64,000 nucleotides of DNA. Origin: Vicinamibacterales bacterium. GTDB lineage: Bacteria; Acidobacteriota; Vicinamibacteria; Vicinamibacterales; CAVVIG01. The position numbers and the translations under genes are program-made. The notes under the pieces were generated by a model. The model ran no database searches. It was given only the letters and a program-made list of their open reading frames with translations, and was not told where the DNA came from. Of this stretch, positions 62,134 through 64,000 are shown one piece after another; positions within the stretch are counted from its first letter, which is position 1; each line of letters opens with the position of its first letter. The DNA lies in contig DASYQZ010000097.1 of NCBI GenBank assembly GCA_036004865.1, positions 4,606-68,605 of the forward strand, given 5' to 3'.

Positions 62134-63221
62134 TGATCTATCACCTCTTGTATCCGTTCCACGCCCAGATCCCGGTGCTGAACGTGACCCGCTACATCAC
62201 GTTCCGCACCGCGGCGGCGAGCCTCACCGCGCTCGCGATCAGCCTCGTGCTCGGCCCGTGGATGGTGCGCAAGCTGCGCGAGTTTCAGATCGGCCAGGTC
62301 ATCCGGGCCGAAGGGCCGCAGACCCACAAGCCCAAGGCCGGCACGCCGACGATGGGCGGCCTGCTGATTCTGACGGCGGCCCTGGTGCCGACGCTGCTCT
62401 GGGCGGATCTGACGAACATCTACGTGTGGATCGCCGTGATCACGACGGCGGGCTTCGGCGCGATTGGATTCGCGGACGACTATCTCAAGATCGTCCGGCG
62501 GTCCCATCACGGTCTCCGGCCGCGCTACAAGATGGGCAACCAGATCCTGATCGGGGTGGCGGTCGGCATCGTGCTTCTGATCCTCAACGCGAAGGGACTC
62601 TACAACACCCGGCTCATCTTTCCGTTCTTCAAGAACCTGATTCCGGAACTGGGCTGGTGGTACTTGGCATTCGCGGCCTTCGTGCTCGTGGCGGTCTCGA
62701 ACGCCGTGAATCTCACCGACGGCCTCGACGGGCTCGCCATCAGCACGTTTGCGATTGCGGCGGGTGCGTACACGGCGCTCGCCTACGTCACGGGACACCG
62801 CGTCTTTGCCGAGTATCTGCTGCTCGTGCGCTTTGCGCCGGCGGCGGAGCTGACGATCTTCTGCGGCGCCCTCGTCGGTGCGTCGCTCGGGTTCCTCTGG
62901 TACAACTCGTACCCCGCCGAAATTTTCATGGGCGACGTCGGCTCGCTGGCGCTGGGCGCCTCGCTCGCCGTCGTCGCGATCCTGATCAAGCAGGAGCTGC
63001 TGCTGCCGATCGTCGGCGGCGTGTTCGTGCTCGAAGCGCTGTCGGTGATTCTGCAGGTCGGCTACTTCAAGGCGACGGGCGGCAAGCGTCTGTTCCGGAT
63101 GGCGCCGCTGCATCACCATTTCGAGTTGATCGGATGGAGCGAGCCGAAGGTGATCACGCGCTTCGTGATCGTCGGGATCATCTTCGCGCTGTTCAGTCTC
63201 GCGACGTTGAAACTTCGCTGA
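62133..63221 (+). CDS. mraY: phospho-N-acetylmuramoyl-pentapeptide transferase
   Basis: ..K.GTPTMGG.., ..NAVNLTDGLDGLA.., ..FMGDVGSLALG.., ..APLHHHFEL.GW.E. Confidence 0.95.
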   Translation: MIYHLLYPFHAQIPVLNVTRYITFRTAAASLTALAISLVLGPWMVRKLREFQIGQVIRAEGPQTHKPKAGTPTMGGLLILTAALVPTLLWADLTNIYVWIAVITTAGFGAIGFADDYLKIVRRSHHGLRPRYKMGNQILIGVAVGIVLLILNAKGLYNTRLIFPFFKNLIPELGWWYLAFAAFVLVAVSNAVNLTDGLDGLAISTFAIAAGAYTALAYVTGHRVFAEYLLLVRFAPAAELTIFCGALVGASLGFLWYNSYPAEIFMGDVGSLALGASLAVVAILIKQELLLPIVGGVFVLEALSVILQVGYFKATGGKRLFRMAPLHHHFELIGWSEPKVITRFVIVGIIFALFSLATLKLR

Positions 63222-63222
63222 A

Positions 63223-63250
63223 GGGATTGGGGATTAGGGATTTGGGATTC
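63223..63250 (+). repeat. tandem heptamer tract (GGGATTN)4 at the mraY-murD junction
   Basis: gggattg gggatta gggattt gggattc. It overlaps the putative TTG start of murD. Confidence 0.85.
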
Positions 63251-64000
63251 GACGTCGCGAACAAACGGGTGACGGTCGCCGGCGCGGCGCGAAGCGGGAT
63301 CGCGGCCGCCGAGCTGCTCGCGCGTCGAGGCGCGCACGTCACGTTGTCGGAGGCTCGTCCCGAGGCGCCGGAAACGGAGCCGCTCAGAGCGCTCGGCGTG
63401 CGGCTCGAGCTCGGCGGCCATCAGGTGGAGACGTTCACGCGCGCGGACCTCGTCGTGCTGAGTCCGGGCGTGCCGCCCGAGCAGCCGGCGATGCAGGCCG
63501 CGCGCGATCGCGGCGTGCCCGTCATCGCCGAGATCGAGCTCGCGTTTCGCTGGCTGCAGGGGCGCGTGATCGCCATCACGGGTACGAAAGGCAAATCGAC
63601 GACGACAGTGCTGACCGGGCGCATTCTCGAGACGGCGGGCTTCAAGGTGACGGTCGGCGGCAACATCGGCGCGCCGCTCAGCGCGCAGGTGTCGCAATCG
63701 ACGCCCGACACGTTCCACGTCGTCGAGGCCAGCAGCTTTCAGCTCGAGCAGATCGACGCCTTTCATCCGTGGATTGCCGTGATGCTGAATTTCTCGCCGG
63801 ACCATCTCGATCGCCACCCGACGGTCGAGGCCTACGCGTCGGCGAAGGGACGCATCTTCGAGAACCAGGAGGCCGGCGACTGGGCGGTGATCAACGCGGA
63901 CGATCCGGCGGTGCTCGAGCTTGCGCGGCGCGGGCGCGCGCGCACGCGCCTGTTCTCGAAAGAGACGCCGCTCGGGGACGGCACGGTCATCGAGCAGGGA
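63242..64000 (+). CDS. murD: UDP-N-acetylmuramoylalanine--D-glutamate ligase, N-terminal part (runs off the window)
   Basis: My own translation gives ..NKRVTVAGAARSGIAAAELL.. and ..ITGTKGKSTTT... The frame is open to the window end. The start (TTG 63242) is tentative. Confidence 0.85.
   Translation, partial: MGFDVANKRVTVAGAARSGIAAAELLARRGAHVTLSEARPEAPETEPLRALGVRLELGGHQVETFTRADLVVLSPGVPPEQPAMQAARDRGVPVIAEIELAFRWLQGRVIAITGTKGKSTTTVLTGRILETAGFKVTVGGNIGAPLSAQVSQSTPDTFHVVEASSFQLEQIDAFHPWIAVMLNFSPDHLDRHPTVEAYASAKGRIFENQEAGDWAVINADDPAVLELARRGRARTRLFSKETPLGDGTVIEQG

Overview
This is a 64 kb, very GC-rich (roughly two-thirds G+C by eye) bacterial chromosomal segment. All calls come from reading the ORF translations and the DNA directly; no database search was run. 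I support 56 protein-coding genes and found no rRNA, tRNA or CRISPR. The gene content suggests Acidobacteriota, but that is inference only: a PadR regulator with an ADOP-type duplicated FtsX permease, a roughly 1000-aa TonB-dependent receptor with an N-terminal carboxypeptidase-regulatory-like domain, and many GTGA/ATGA overlapping gene junctions. Gene order, left to right:
- class I (fbaB) and class II-like aldolases, and a CusF-SCO fusion
- a TPR protein, a lipoprotein, a NUDIX hydrolase, def and a double-length ThyX-like protein
- a REP-associated tyrosine transposase (RAYT) bracketed by roughly 90-bp inverted repeats
- a small glutaredoxin-like ORF interrupted by TGA at the redox-Cys position
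- a MacB-type ABC ATPase and permease, a frameshifted LolA-like gene and an outer-membrane barrel
- an MBL hydrolase, an M20 peptidase, an EndoIII-like protein, a SirB1-like protein and the TonB-dependent receptor
- a HAD hydrolase and a DUF1684 protein
- a TetR-headed beta-oxidation operon (FadB-like, two alpha/beta hydrolases, thiolase, acyl-CoA dehydrogenase)
- an ABC-2 exporter with a secreted beta-propeller, a fused E1 alpha/beta dehydrogenase and a cupin
- PadR-ADOP, an M28 peptidase, DoxX, a rhomboid protease, murJ and a YqeY-domain protein
- a seven-gene polyprenyl-phosphate/aminosugar glycan cluster
- ychF and the dcw cluster from mraZ to murD (3' end truncated by the window)

The most unusual content is non-coding. 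At least five loci share one architecture: tandem 7-8-nt units, a spacer, then the reverse-complement units. There are also three dispersed hairpin-repeat families, and two of these sit in frame inside coding regions. Other points worth a second look are the RAYT element, a GTAG-type REP doublet, the candidate selenoprotein, and a single-G frameshift in the LolA-like gene.
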